A stretch of 33,444 nucleotides of DNA. Origin: Patescibacteria group bacterium UBA2591 (GTDB taxonomy: Bacteria; Patescibacteriota; Patescibacteriia; UBA2591). The notes under the pieces were generated by a model. That model made no database searches. It had not been told where the DNA came from and saw only the letters and a list, made by a program, of their open reading frames with translations. The stretch spans positions 1 through 33,444 of the forward strand of contig DDKT01000081.1 of NCBI GenBank assembly GCA_002339755.1, in the 5' to 3' direction. Made by a program: the position numbers and the translations under genes. Below, piece by piece: positions 18,394 to 28,734 of the stretch; the first letter of the stretch is position 1; each line of letters begins with the position of its first letter.

Positions 18394-19920
18394 ATGCCAA
18401 ATTTAATATGGATTATTATTCTATTGGTTGGTATTCCAATAGGAATTTTTATTGGTTATTGGTGGAGAAAGAAAATAGTCAGTCACCAACTTGAATCAAT
18501 AGAGGCTAAAGCTAAAAAAATAATTGATGAAGCTAAGGAAAAACAAAAAGAAATTTTATTAATAGGTAAAGAAAGGGCTTTAAAAATTATCGAAGAAGCA
18601 AAGCGACAGGAAGAAGAAAGAAGAAGACAATTAAGTTATTTACAAAGAAGATTGGAAAAAAGGGAATCTCTATTTGATCGGAAGTTATTAGATCTAGAAG
18701 AGCGTCAACAGAAAATTTACGAAAAAACAAATCAAATTAAACAAATTGAACAAGAAATTCAAAAAGTCAAAGAACAAGAGGTAGCTCAATTAGAAAAAAT
18801 TTCAGGCCTTACCAAGATACAAGCAAAAGACATCTTAATGAAATTAACTGAGGAAAAAGTCAAGGACGAACAAGCGGCAAGAATTAGAAAATTAGAAAAA
18901 GAATCGTCTGAGGAATGGGACAAAAAAGCCAAACATCTTTTGTCTTTAGCCCTTGAGAGATGCGCTACTTCCCATACTGCCGAAATAACCAAAACTGTTA
19001 TTCCTTTGCCTTCTGAGGAGATGAAGGGACGAATTATAGGTCGGGAAGGAAGAAATATAAAAGTTATTGAACAATTAACAGGAACAGAAATTATTATTGA
19101 TGATACTCCAGAAATTGTCATTACTTCTTCTTTTTCACCACTTCGTCGTCAGATTGCTAAACGCGCCTTAGAGAAATTGATTTTAGACGGCCGTATTCAG
19201 CCAGCTAGAATTGAAGAAAAAGTCGAGGAAGCTAAAAAAGAACTAAGTTTAGAGATTAAAAAAGCTGGAGAAGAGGCAGCTTATGAGATCGGAATTCCTG
19301 GCTTAGATGCTCAATTAATTCAACTTTTGGGCCGTTTGAAATATCGAACTAGCTATGGTCAAAATGTTTTGCAACATTCTTTGGAAGTGGCTTATCTTTC
19401 TGCTCTTTTGGCTGGTGAATTGGGAGCAGATATAGTTTTATCGAAAAAAGCTGGTTTTTTTCACGATATTGGCAAAGCCGTTGATCAAGAAATGACAGGA
19501 GGGCATCCAGAGGTTGGTACTGAATTAGCTAAAAAATTTCATTTGCCTTCTGAAGTGATTGAGGCTATTTTTACCCACCATCAAGATCATCCGCCTACCC
19601 TAATAGCAGTTATTGTTAAGGTAGCTGATGCTATTTCTGGAGCCAGATTTGGAGCAAGAAAAGATACTTACGAAGATTATCTACATCGACTAGAAGAATT
19701 AGAAAAAATAGCTACTGAGTTTGAAGGTGTGGAGAAAGCTTATGCTATTCAAGCTGGTCGAGAAATTAGAGTTTTTGTTCAACCAGAAGAAATAGATGAT
19801 ACGGCGGCTATAAAACTTGCTCGAGAAATTGCTAATAAAATTGAAAAGGGGTTAAAATATCCAGGTGAAATTAAAGTTAGTGTTATTCGAGAAATGCGAA
19901 CAATTGAGTATGCTCGATAA
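18394..19920 (+). CDS. rny: Ribonuclease Y
   Basis: It has an N-terminal TM helix, a coiled coil, a KH domain (GRIIGREGRNIK) and an HD domain (FFHDIGKA). GGGAGG SD is present. Length is 508 aa. Confidence 0.95.
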   Translation: MPNLIWIIILLVGIPIGIFIGYWWRKKIVSHQLESIEAKAKKIIDEAKEKQKEILLIGKERALKIIEEAKRQEEERRRQLSYLQRRLEKRESLFDRKLLDLEERQQKIYEKTNQIKQIEQEIQKVKEQEVAQLEKISGLTKIQAKDILMKLTEEKVKDEQAARIRKLEKESSEEWDKKAKHLLSLALERCATSHTAEITKTVIPLPSEEMKGRIIGREGRNIKVIEQLTGTEIIIDDTPEIVITSSFSPLRRQIAKRALEKLILDGRIQPARIEEKVEEAKKELSLEIKKAGEEAAYEIGIPGLDAQLIQLLGRLKYRTSYGQNVLQHSLEVAYLSALLAGELGADIVLSKKAGFFHDIGKAVDQEMTGGHPEVGTELAKKFHLPSEVIEAIFTHHQDHPPTLIAVIVKVADAISGARFGARKDTYEDYLHRLEELEKIATEFEGVEKAYAIQAGREIRVFVQPEEIDDTAAIKLAREIANKIEKGLKYPGEIKVSVIREMRTIEYAR

Positions 19921-20041
19921 GAAAGCTGTATTAAAAAGTATTTTAGAGTCATTGAATGATTCAATAAGCTTTATCTCGAAAACCTCTCCCGGGCAAAGCT
20001 TAAGTTTTAAAATTTAGTTTTCGTTTATTAGTCTTTCTATC

Positions 20042-20069
20042 GGATACAAATGAACGTATCCTTTTATTT
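20042..20069 (+). terminator. Weak stem-loop / possible attenuating terminator between rny and the ymdB-like gene
   Basis: 6-bp stem ggatac / gtatcc with an 8-nt loop, followed by ttttattt. Confidence 0.35.
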
Positions 20070-20086
20070 AATAAAAGCTCCAGAAG

Positions 20087-20935
20087 ATGATGAATTTTAA
20101 AATTCTTTTCTTAGGCGATATCGTAGGTAAAATTGGACGCCAAGGAGTTAGTAAAATCTTACCAAAATTAAAGAAAAAGTATAGTCTAAATTTAATAGCA
20201 GCAAATGTAGAAAATTTAGCCCATGGTCAAGGAGCTACGCTTAAAACTTTATTGGAAATTCAGAAAGCAGGTGTTGATTTTTTTACTTCCGGAAATCATA
20301 TTTGGAAAAAAAAAGAAATTATTGAAATTTTTCAAAGAGATAACCTTCCTTTAATAAGACCGGCTAACTATCCTTCTCAAGTACCAGGCAAAGGTTATCA
20401 AATAATAAAAATAAAAGGAAAGAAAATAGCTATTTTAAATTTAATGGGACGAGTCTTTATGAAAGAATCTCTTGATTGTCCTTTTAGATGTTCGGATGAG
20501 ATTTTAAAGATTCTAAAACTAAAAAATGGAAGCAAAAAAGAGAAAAAGTATTTACAAAAGAAAAGTGAAAAAATAGACGCTATTTTAGTTGATTTTCACG
20601 CTGAAGCAAGTTCTGAAAAAGTAGCTTTGGGCTGGTATCTTGATGGCCGAGTTTCAGCAGTTATTGGAACTCATACTCATCTTCCTACAGCTGATGAAAA
20701 AATTTTACCCTTGGGTACAGCTTATGTCTCTGATGCAGGAATGATAGGAGCAAAAGAATCGGTTATAGGAATAGAAAAAGATATTATTATTAAAAAATTT
20801 TTAAACCAAATGCCCTTTACTCACGAGATTCCTAGAAAGGGGATTTGTGCATTCAACTCTGTTCTTATAGAAATTGATACTAGAATCGGAAAAGCGATTA
20901 AGATTGAGAGGGTTGATAGGGAGATAGAAATATAG
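20087..20935 (+). CDS. ymdB: YmdB-like metallophosphoesterase (2',3'-cyclic-nucleotide phosphodiesterase family)
   Basis: Motifs seen: ILFLGDIVGKIGR, NVENLAHG, GNHIW, DFHAEASSEK and GTHTH. It lies immediately downstream of rny, as in Bacillus. Confidence 0.85.
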   Translation: MMNFKILFLGDIVGKIGRQGVSKILPKLKKKYSLNLIAANVENLAHGQGATLKTLLEIQKAGVDFFTSGNHIWKKKEIIEIFQRDNLPLIRPANYPSQVPGKGYQIIKIKGKKIAILNLMGRVFMKESLDCPFRCSDEILKILKLKNGSKKEKKYLQKKSEKIDAILVDFHAEASSEKVALGWYLDGRVSAVIGTHTHLPTADEKILPLGTAYVSDAGMIGAKESVIGIEKDIIIKKFLNQMPFTHEIPRKGICAFNSVLIEIDTRIGKAIKIERVDREIEI

Positions 20936-21010
20936 AACGAAAATCCAAACAGAAATTTTGTATATTTTTATATTCTCTCATATATAATTCCTAAGAAAGG
21001 AGGTGATTAA

Positions 21011-21286
21011 ATGAACAAAGCAGAATTCATCGAAGCTATTGCTCAAAAAACTAACGTTACAAAAGCAGACGCTGAAAGAGCGGTTGATGCTTTTATTGAT
21101 ATTGTTACTTCTACTTTAAAGAGTGGGGGAGAGGTAGTTTTAACAGGTTTTGGTACTTTTTCTGCCAGAACTAGAAAGGGTCGAACAGGAAGAAATCCTC
21201 AAACCGGAGAAAAGGTTGAAATTCCTGCTATGACTTTACCAAAATTCAAAGCTGGTAAAGGACTAAAGGATGCTTTAAAAAAATAG
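21011..21286 (+). CDS. hup: DNA-binding protein HU
   Basis: The 91-aa protein carries MNKAEFIEAIA and GFGTFSARTRKGRTGRNPQTGEKVEIPA. It has a strong SD (AAAGGAGG). Confidence 0.95.
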   Translation: MNKAEFIEAIAQKTNVTKADAERAVDAFIDIVTSTLKSGGEVVLTGFGTFSARTRKGRTGRNPQTGEKVEIPAMTLPKFKAGKGLKDALKK

Positions 21287-21391
21287 ATTATGAATGTTTA
21301 GGTTAAGTATAAGTAGATGATATAAATAGTTGATGAAAGTTGAATAATTTTGATTCAAGATCTGTTTCCCTTTGATTTTAATTTTAAAAAG

Positions 21392-21441
21392 AAAACAAGG
21401 ATTCTCATATTGTTTTTATTGAGAGGGTCCTTGTTTTTTTC
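21392..21441 (+). terminator. Rho-independent terminator after hup
   Basis: aaaacaaggattctc ... gagagggtccttgtttt forms an interrupted stem of ~14 bp, followed by a T7 run. Confidence 0.7.
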
Positions 21442-21674
21442 GAAGTATAACAACTTGTTACTTTTTAATTTAATTCAAAAACCCTAGTAAGTCTGCGTAT
21501 TTCAAGATGTCATAACAAACCATAAAAAATTTCACCCTATAATCCTATTTTGCAATTATGGAATGTTTTTGTTACACTAAAATAGGTTTCTTTATAGGAA
21601 ACTTTAAGATCTAAATCAATATTGTAGGGGCAAGGATTTATCCCTTACTAAAATCTTTAGAAAGAATAAATTTT

Positions 21675-22787
21675 ATGAAAATTGGAATTGACGCGCGGCT
21701 TTACGGCCCTCGAAACAAAGGCATAGGTCGGTATATTCAAAAATTAATTGAATATTTAGAAAAAATCGATCAAAAGAACCAATATGTCATTTTTTTAATT
21801 AAAAAAAATTGGGAAGATTATCAACCCAAGAATCCAAATTTTAAAAAAGTTTTAACTGATTATCGGATTTATAGTCTAAAAGAGCAGATCTTTATGCCCT
21901 TGAAAATTTGGCGGGAGAAGTTAGATATAATCCATTTTCCCCATTTTAATGTACCAATTTGTGTCAAAGATTTCATTGTTACTATCCATGATTTAGCTAC
22001 TACCCGTTTCCCGAATCTAAAAGCAACGACTTTAAATCTCTTTTTATACAAAATAAAACATTTAGCTTATCGGTTAATTATCTGGTTAGTTATAAAAAGA
22101 GCTAAAAAAATAATTACTGTTTCAGGATTTTCTAAAAAAGAAATAATTAAATATTTTAAAATAAAACCAGAAAAAATAATTATAACATACGAAGCTGCAG
22201 ACAAATTCTTAGTCACCAAACAAAGCAAAGTCTATCTTCCCAAACCATACCTTCTTTATATAGGAGCAGCCTATCCTCACAAAAATTTAGAAAACCTGCT
22301 CAAAGCTTTTAAAATATTATTAAATAATCTAAAGTCTTTTGATATTCAGGATTTAAAATTAGTTTTAGTTGGTAAAGAGGATTTTTTTTATCGGAAACTG
22401 AAAAAAAGAACAGAAGAATTATCTCTTAGAGAAAGAACGATTTTTTTAGGCTATCTTGACGATCAAGATTTAGCGCAAGTTTACCAAAATGCTTTTATTT
22501 ATATCTTTCCTTCATATTACGAAGGCTTTGGGCTGCCGGCTTTGGAGGCCTTAAGCCAAGGAGTGCCTGTAGTAGCTTCCAGGGCTGGTTCTCTGCCAGA
22601 AATCTTAGACCAAGCAGCTTTATATTTTAATCCCTATGATATAAAAGATATGGCTCAAGTAATTAGCAAAGTTATTAATGATAAAAATTTACGAGAAGAT
22701 TTAATTAAAAAAGGTTTTGAACAAGTAAAAAAATTTAATTGGCAAAAATGCGCAGAAGAAACATTAAAAGTATATACTACGAGATGA
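21675..22787 (+). CDS. Glycosyltransferase family 4 (GT-B, Glycos_transf_1)
   Basis: Motifs seen: YEGFGLPALEALSQGVPVVAS and LPEI. Length is 370 aa. Confidence 0.85.
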   Translation: MKIGIDARLYGPRNKGIGRYIQKLIEYLEKIDQKNQYVIFLIKKNWEDYQPKNPNFKKVLTDYRIYSLKEQIFMPLKIWREKLDIIHFPHFNVPICVKDFIVTIHDLATTRFPNLKATTLNLFLYKIKHLAYRLIIWLVIKRAKKIITVSGFSKKEIIKYFKIKPEKIIITYEAADKFLVTKQSKVYLPKPYLLYIGAAYPHKNLENLLKAFKILLNNLKSFDIQDLKLVLVGKEDFFYRKLKKRTEELSLRERTIFLGYLDDQDLAQVYQNAFIYIFPSYYEGFGLPALEALSQGVPVVASRAGSLPEILDQAALYFNPYDIKDMAQVISKVINDKNLREDLIKKGFEQVKKFNWQKCAEETLKVYTTR

Positions 22788-22869
22788 ATAATCAAATTTG
22801 GTTGATTTTCCCTCTCATTGACCAAAGCCATCTCAATCTCAACAAAAATCGCCAAGTATATGATACATG

Positions 22870-22897
22870 TCCAACTCTTGAAGTTGGGCATTTTTTA
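22870..22897 (+). terminator. Possible Rho-independent terminator
   Basis: 6-7 bp stem (t)ccaact / agttgg(g) with a 5-nt loop, then gcatttttta. It lies ~85 nt after the GT4 stop. Confidence 0.45.
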
Positions 22898-23100
22898 TTA
22901 ATGAACTTATTAGAAAACGAGCACGGAGGTTATGTTATGTAATGTAAGGCCCCATAAATTACAAAAAGCGATCTTATTATTCTGAATGAGTTTTGTTGCC
23001 TTAAGTCTTGTTTTAACAGAACGAAAAATTTTGATCGTGAAATGGCGAAGGGATTTTTTTAAACAGCTGAGATTCTAATTTATAAATATTTATCTCACCC

Positions 23101-23129
23101 TTGACTTTGTTCTCTAATTTTAATATATT
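23101..23129 (+). promoter_or_regulatory. Sigma70-type promoter of cca
   Basis: TTGACT, 17-nt spacer, TATATT. It lies ~70 nt before the ATG at 23198. Confidence 0.55.
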
Positions 23130-23197
23130 TTAATTAATCAGCGTTTCCAGTTTTCAAGAAAATACAAATTAAATATTATCAAATTAATTTTATCTTT

Positions 23198-24781
23198 ATG
23201 GAAAATCCATCAATTTCTCGAAAAAATGAAAGAGAAACTTTTGAGTTGGAAACAAAGATTGGTTCGCTTATTGAATATTTTAAAACTGAACCAGTTTTTA
23301 ATTTTTTAAAAAGAATTAAAAAAGAATTTCCAGAAAGTGAAATTTATTTAGTGGGAGGAGCGCTTCGGGACTTTTTTCTTAAACGTAAATGTAAAGATTA
23401 TGATTTTATAATCCGCAATATCGAAGCAGAAAAACTTCAAAAATCTTTAACCCATCTAGGGAAAGTCAATTTAGTTGGCCGTGTCTTTGGTGTCTTCAAA
23501 TTTGTCCCAGCTGATCAACAAGAGAGATTTAAAAAGATTGGTTTTGAGCCGTTTGATTTAGCTTTGCCTCGCAGGGAACATGCCTATCTTTCCGGTGGCT
23601 ATCGTGATATAGAAGTACAATCTGATCCGAATTTACCTGTTGAGAAAGACCTTGAACGTCGTGATTTTACTTTCAATGCTATGGCCTTAAGGCTTGATTC
23701 CGAGACTTCAGGTTCCCAAAATTTAATCGATCCTTATCAGGGTTTAAGAGATCTGAAAAACAAATTAATTAAAGCAGTAGGTGATCCTAAGATTCGTTTT
23801 CGAGAAGATTATTCAAGAATGCTTCGCGCTTTACGTCTTGCTTGCGAACTTGGCTTTCGGATTGAAGAAAGAACTTTTGAAGTAATTAAAGAAAATATAG
23901 CTAATCTTAATGAAAAAAAAGACAAGGAATGGATAGTGCCTCGAGAAACAATTGCTAAAGAAATGTTAAAAGCTTTTTATAATAATCCAATTCAAGCTTT
24001 TGACCTTTACGATGAGAGCGGCGCTTTTAAAATTTTAATTCCTGAAATTAATACAATGAAAGGATGTCCCCAGCCTTTAGAATTTCATACTGAAGGCGAT
24101 GTTTTCTTTCATACTCGTTTATCTTTAGAGAAACTTCAATCCAAAGAATATCAAGAAATTTTTGGCTCAGAAAAACCAAGTGTACAATTAATAATGGCTC
24201 TTCTTTTCCATGATATCGGCAAACCAGAAACTTTAAAAACTCCTGAAAAAGATGGTACGGATCGTGTTCGTTTTAATGAGCATAACGAAGTAGGAGCAGA
24301 AATGGCACGAGGAATTATAAAACGACTCAAGCTCGAAAGTCAACCTCAGGGGTCACCCTTTCACCTTGAAGCGGAGAAAATCAGTTGGCTTATTAAAAAC
24401 CATCTTTTACTTTTGCATGGGAACCCAGAAGAAATGCGACCCTCAACTATTGAGAGATATTTTTTTAATCCTTTGAACCCAGGCGGTGAATTGATTCAGC
24501 TATCTTATTGCGATGCTCAGGCTACTGTACCAGAAAATGGTAAGCCAGATATAGAAAATTTCAATGCTATGATGGCACGAATTAAAGAAGTAAGTAAGCT
24601 TTTAGATGAACGCAAAGCTCTTCCCCCTCCATTACTTAATGGCCGCGAAATTATGAAAATTTTAAAGATCGAATCTGGTCCTAAGGTTGGAGAAATCATT
24701 TGTGCCCTAAGAGAAAAACAATTAGAAGGAAAATTAAAAACAAAAGAAGAAGCAATTGAATTCATTAAAAACATTGACTAA
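23198..24781 (+). CDS. cca: tRNA nucleotidyltransferase (CCA-adding enzyme / poly(A) polymerase family) with an HD domain
   Basis: Motifs seen: the class II head YLVGGALRDFFL, RDFTFNAMA, RMLRALR, and the HD domain LFHDIGKP. Length is 527 aa. Confidence 0.8.
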   Translation: MENPSISRKNERETFELETKIGSLIEYFKTEPVFNFLKRIKKEFPESEIYLVGGALRDFFLKRKCKDYDFIIRNIEAEKLQKSLTHLGKVNLVGRVFGVFKFVPADQQERFKKIGFEPFDLALPRREHAYLSGGYRDIEVQSDPNLPVEKDLERRDFTFNAMALRLDSETSGSQNLIDPYQGLRDLKNKLIKAVGDPKIRFREDYSRMLRALRLACELGFRIEERTFEVIKENIANLNEKKDKEWIVPRETIAKEMLKAFYNNPIQAFDLYDESGAFKILIPEINTMKGCPQPLEFHTEGDVFFHTRLSLEKLQSKEYQEIFGSEKPSVQLIMALLFHDIGKPETLKTPEKDGTDRVRFNEHNEVGAEMARGIIKRLKLESQPQGSPFHLEAEKISWLIKNHLLLLHGNPEEMRPSTIERYFFNPLNPGGELIQLSYCDAQATVPENGKPDIENFNAMMARIKEVSKLLDERKALPPPLLNGREIMKILKIESGPKVGEIICALREKQLEGKLKTKEEAIEFIKNID

Positions 24782-27202
24782 ATGCCAAGATCCAAAATTC
24801 AAAATTTTTTTTCAAAAATTAAAGAAGACAAACATTTTGTCTTCACTTTTATTTCACTTTTAAGTGTTTTTTTTATTTTTTTAAATTTCTTTTTCTGGCA
24901 TTCCCCTTGGATGGGGTTTTTATTTTTAACTGTTTATTTGTTTATCAATGCTATTTGGTTAAATAAGATTTTATCAAGGATTATTCCTTCGGATTTTTAT
25001 TATCAATCGCTTTTTGGTTTTTATTTTTTATTAATTTTAATCGCTTTTACTGGCGCTATCTTTGTTGTTTTATGGAAAATCACTCCTTTTATAATGTTTG
25101 GTATATTTTTGGTTTTAACCTCGATTCTTTCTTTCTTAAACAGAAAAAATCTTGAAGATTTTAGAAAAATAAATGGGACACCAAAAGATGCAATAAATCC
25201 AGAGAAAAAAATCAAAATCTTAGAATATCTTAAGCAAAATAAGCAAGGTTATTTATTTTTTTGCTTTTTTATTCTTTTGGTTTTTGGTTTTTGGTTTTTG
25301 TGGAAGGCAAGAACAGGTAGTTATATTCTCCACCCTTGGCAAGTCATTCACCCAATTTATCTTTACCTTTATTTTTTTATTACTTTCATTGTTGTCTTTT
25401 TAATTTTTAAAAAAGGTAAAGAAGCAAATATCGCTGAAGAAAAACTAAAAACTTCTGCTACATTAGAAGATGCCTTAATTAAATCTAAAACAAAATTCAT
25501 TCTTTTAATCATTATTCTGTTTTCTTTTCTTACCCACGCTTATTTGCCTATAGTTTATAAAACTGGTTTTGGCGGAGATCGTTGGCGACATTTAGGAGCA
25601 GAAAAATATCTTCAAGAAGGAAAAGTTTACTCACCAGCTTTATTCGGTCAGGAAATAAAATGGCAAGAATTCGGACCAATAAAAATTCCTAAAGTTTTTG
25701 TTGCAGGCAATAAAACTTCTTACGCTAGCCAATGGGCTTTAACTATTTTTTTATCTTGGGTTTTGGGAATTGATGTATTTTGGATTGATATTTTTCTTCT
25801 TTTTTTTCTTTGGTCAATTTTTATTCCTTTATTTCTATTTAGATTAGCTAAGTTAACCCTTGAGGAACTAAAGCCCGAGAATCAAAAATGGAAAACAGAA
25901 ACCTTTCCTCTCCTTTTAGCGTTTTTGCCTACTCTTTTTTATCCTTTTCAAATCTACGGCTCGATTACTCTTCCTACTAGCTTTGGTTTTTTATCTTTTT
26001 TATTTATATTAATTCTTTATTTTAGTCTTTTGAAGCAGAGAAGAACAAATCAAAATCTAGATAGTAAAAAATCAAAATTATTTTTTCTATCTTGGTTTTT
26101 CTTCTTTATTATCTTATTATATTTTAATTACGCTCTCTACCTTATTCTATTTCTCGGAATTAGTTTAATAATTTTTCTTTTTAAGAAAATCCAGAAAAGA
26201 AAATTACTGCTTCTCATTCTTTTCTTATTATTCATTGCTTATTGTTTTTTTATTCCTTTTTTAGATACTTTTTATAGTTTAACCCGATGGAAAACCGAAA
26301 ACTTTTCCCAACCCTTGCTTTTTTCCGGTTTTTTGAAAGGATTTGCAAAAAAGTTATTAGGATTTGAAAATTTACCCTTATTACCTATTCATATTACGCA
26401 AGGAAATTTTATTTATATGCAAACAGGAGAAAGCTTATCTTCTAGTACTTTACTCTCCTTGATACCCTGGTCAATAATTATTAGTTCCATGATTTGGGCA
26501 TTTATAATTTATGCTCTTTTTGATCTAAAAAAGAGGAAAAGATCAGTTTTAACAATGACTTTGGTTTTATTTCTTTTTATTGCCCTAAGTAATCAATTTA
26601 TTTCTACTTATTTTATGGAAGGAGTGCGCGTTTTGAGTAAACGACTTGATTTATTCATTGCTTTTTTAATGCTTTTCTTTTTAGGATGGGGGACGTATCA
26701 TTTTGTTGTTTCTCCTTCAAAATTCATAACTCATAGAGCAAAAGTTATTTTTATTTGTATATTTTTCGCTCTAGCTTCTGTCTCTACTTATGCTTCTGGT
26801 CCTAAACTAGAGATGGTCACAGAAGATGAATTAAAAGCAGCTCAATACGTTTGGCAAAAGTTAAAAGACAAAGAATTAAAAACTAAGTATTGTGTCTTAG
26901 CTAATACTTGGCCACTTTTAGCTCTAGAAGCTGTTTCAGGTCGAAAAATTATTACTGGCGGCTTTCCAGTTTATCGAGAATATGCTCAACCAGAAAGAGT
27001 TAGACTTTTTAAAGGAATGTCTTATTGGCCTTCAGTTCGTTACATGGAAAAAGCTCTTGAAATCACTAATAGCTCTTCTTGTTATTTTATGACTGAAAGA
27101 CGCTTCTGGACTGAACGGATTCCAGGGATTTTAGAAAAATTAATAGAGATTTTTGGGGAGTACGAAAAGATTGGAGAGGTGTATATATTTTTCTATCATT
27201 AA
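24782..27202 (+). CDS. Large polytopic membrane protein of unknown family with a C-terminal soluble domain (possibly a glycan-assembly enzyme)
   Basis: The 806-aa protein has at least 15 hydrophobic segments and a loop with GFGGDRWRHLG. The last ~150 aa are hydrophilic. It is abutted by cca (ATG 1 nt after the stop) and followed by the flippase. I recognised no family motif. Confidence 0.55.
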   Translation: MPRSKIQNFFSKIKEDKHFVFTFISLLSVFFIFLNFFFWHSPWMGFLFLTVYLFINAIWLNKILSRIIPSDFYYQSLFGFYFLLILIAFTGAIFVVLWKITPFIMFGIFLVLTSILSFLNRKNLEDFRKINGTPKDAINPEKKIKILEYLKQNKQGYLFFCFFILLVFGFWFLWKARTGSYILHPWQVIHPIYLYLYFFITFIVVFLIFKKGKEANIAEEKLKTSATLEDALIKSKTKFILLIIILFSFLTHAYLPIVYKTGFGGDRWRHLGAEKYLQEGKVYSPALFGQEIKWQEFGPIKIPKVFVAGNKTSYASQWALTIFLSWVLGIDVFWIDIFLLFFLWSIFIPLFLFRLAKLTLEELKPENQKWKTETFPLLLAFLPTLFYPFQIYGSITLPTSFGFLSFLFILILYFSLLKQRRTNQNLDSKKSKLFFLSWFFFFIILLYFNYALYLILFLGISLIIFLFKKIQKRKLLLLILFLLFIAYCFFIPFLDTFYSLTRWKTENFSQPLLFSGFLKGFAKKLLGFENLPLLPIHITQGNFIYMQTGESLSSSTLLSLIPWSIIISSMIWAFIIYALFDLKKRKRSVLTMTLVLFLFIALSNQFISTYFMEGVRVLSKRLDLFIAFLMLFFLGWGTYHFVVSPSKFITHRAKVIFICIFFALASVSTYASGPKLEMVTEDELKAAQYVWQKLKDKELKTKYCVLANTWPLLALEAVSGRKIITGGFPVYREYAQPERVRLFKGMSYWPSVRYMEKALEITNSSSCYFMTERRFWTERIPGILEKLIEIFGEYEKIGEVYIFFYH

Positions 27203-27222
27203 TAGCCAAATTTCGCATTTCT

Positions 27223-28722
27223 GTGATTATTTTATCCAACGTTATGGGTGTTACCAAAAACATACTTTATCTTACTTCTTCCTACATCTTTCAAAAGATA
27301 TTAACTTTTATTTATTTTATTTTTTTAGCTCGGCTTCTTGGACCGGAAGATGCAGGAAAATATCTTTTTGCTGTTTCTTTTGCTATGGCTTTTTCTATTT
27401 TGACTGATCTTGGTTTAAATACTACTTTTATCAGAGAAGTAGCTAAAAATAAAGAAAGATTAGAGTTATATTTAGGAAACATCCTAAGTTTAAAGATAAT
27501 CCTGTCTATTTTTACCTTTTTAATTTTAGTTTTATCCATAGGTCTTTTTAATAAACCTCCTTTAATCCAATTTTTGGTTTATTTAGCTGGCATAAGTATT
27601 CTTTTTGATTCTTTTGCTCATTTATTTTATGGCATTTTTCGAGCTTATCAAAATTTAAAATACGAAAGCAAGGGCGTTATTCTTCATCAATCTTTAGTTT
27701 TTGTTTTAGGATTAATAGTCTTATTTCTAAGATTACCTCTCCCTTTTTTGATGCTCACTTTAATTGTTGCTAGTTTCTTCTTCTTCGTCTATCCCTTGAT
27801 TCTTTCCCTTAAAAAACTTAAAATCAAAATACGATTTAATTTAGATAAAAAAATATTTATTCCTCTTCTGATAATTGCCCTTCCCTTTGCTTTAACTGGT
27901 GTTTTTGATCGACTTTATGCCTATTTTGACGCTATTGCTTTGGGAAAATTAGTCGGCGATATTTATGTGGGCTGGTATAAAGTAGCTTATAAATTAACCT
28001 TTGCTTTCCAATTTATTCCTTCTGCTTTTTCCGCAGTTTTGTTTCCTGCTTTTAGTATTTATTATATCTCAAATAGAGAAAGATTAATTAAAATTTTCGA
28101 GAAATCCATTTTTTATTTAATGCTTATTGCAATTCCTTTATTATTTGGTTCTATACTTTTAGCAGAGGAACTTATTTTAAAAATTTATGGACCGGATTAT
28201 TATCCCTCGATTTTGCCTTTCCAAATCTTAATGGTTAATCTTGTTTTTATATTTTTATACTCTCCGGTAGGCGCCTTGTTTAATGCTAGTGGCAGACAAT
28301 TGCAGAATACTTTTAATATCGGAACTGTTACTATAATTAATCTTATTTTAAATTTGGCTTTAATTCCTTCTTGGTTTGCTGTAGGAGCAAGCGTCGCCTC
28401 TTTAATTAGTAATATTATTTTGTTTTCTTTGGGTTATTATTTTAATGCAAAGATTATTAAGTATAATAAGATTTATTTAATAAAAAGTTTTTTTAAAATT
28501 TTCTTTGCTGGCTTATTGATGGGCCTTGCAATTCTTTCTTTTAAAAAAATATTCCCCTTTCTTTTAGTTATTTTTTTGGCTAGTCTAATTTATCTTGGTG
28601 TGGTATATTTAATAGGAGGGATTAAAAGAGAAGATCTCGAAATTTTGAAGAATGTCATAATTAATAGAAAAAAAGAGAAAGAAATGATTAAAACCAATGG
28701 ATTCCAAGAACCAAAAATATAA
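27223..28722 (+). CDS. Polysaccharide biosynthesis protein / Wzx-like flippase (MOP superfamily)
   Basis: ~14 TM helices. The N-terminus IFQKILTFIYFIFLARLLGPEDAGKY and the mid motif GWYKVAYKL are typical of Wzx/MOP. The ATG at 27244 is an alternative to the GTG at 27223. Confidence 0.8.
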   Translation: MIILSNVMGVTKNILYLTSSYIFQKILTFIYFIFLARLLGPEDAGKYLFAVSFAMAFSILTDLGLNTTFIREVAKNKERLELYLGNILSLKIILSIFTFLILVLSIGLFNKPPLIQFLVYLAGISILFDSFAHLFYGIFRAYQNLKYESKGVILHQSLVFVLGLIVLFLRLPLPFLMLTLIVASFFFFVYPLILSLKKLKIKIRFNLDKKIFIPLLIIALPFALTGVFDRLYAYFDAIALGKLVGDIYVGWYKVAYKLTFAFQFIPSAFSAVLFPAFSIYYISNRERLIKIFEKSIFYLMLIAIPLLFGSILLAEELILKIYGPDYYPSILPFQILMVNLVFIFLYSPVGALFNASGRQLQNTFNIGTVTIINLILNLALIPSWFAVGASVASLISNIILFSLGYYFNAKIIKYNKIYLIKSFFKIFFAGLLMGLAILSFKKIFPFLLVIFLASLIYLGVVYLIGGIKREDLEILKNVIINRKKEKEMIKTNGFQEPKI

Positions 28723-28734
28723 CATCTTCTAATA

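Noticed and set aside
22739-22942. ORFs 22739..22942 (+) and 22655..22891 (-) in the GT4-cca gap
   Set aside because: They overlap the GT4 3' end or each other and contain the putative terminator hairpin. They have no start context or recognisable motif. I cannot exclude that they are a decayed gene remnant.
27153-27407. 84-aa ORF bridging the end of the 806-aa gene and the start of the flippase
   Set aside because: It is out of frame with both strongly supported genes and its translation is Phe/Cys/Tyr-rich junk.
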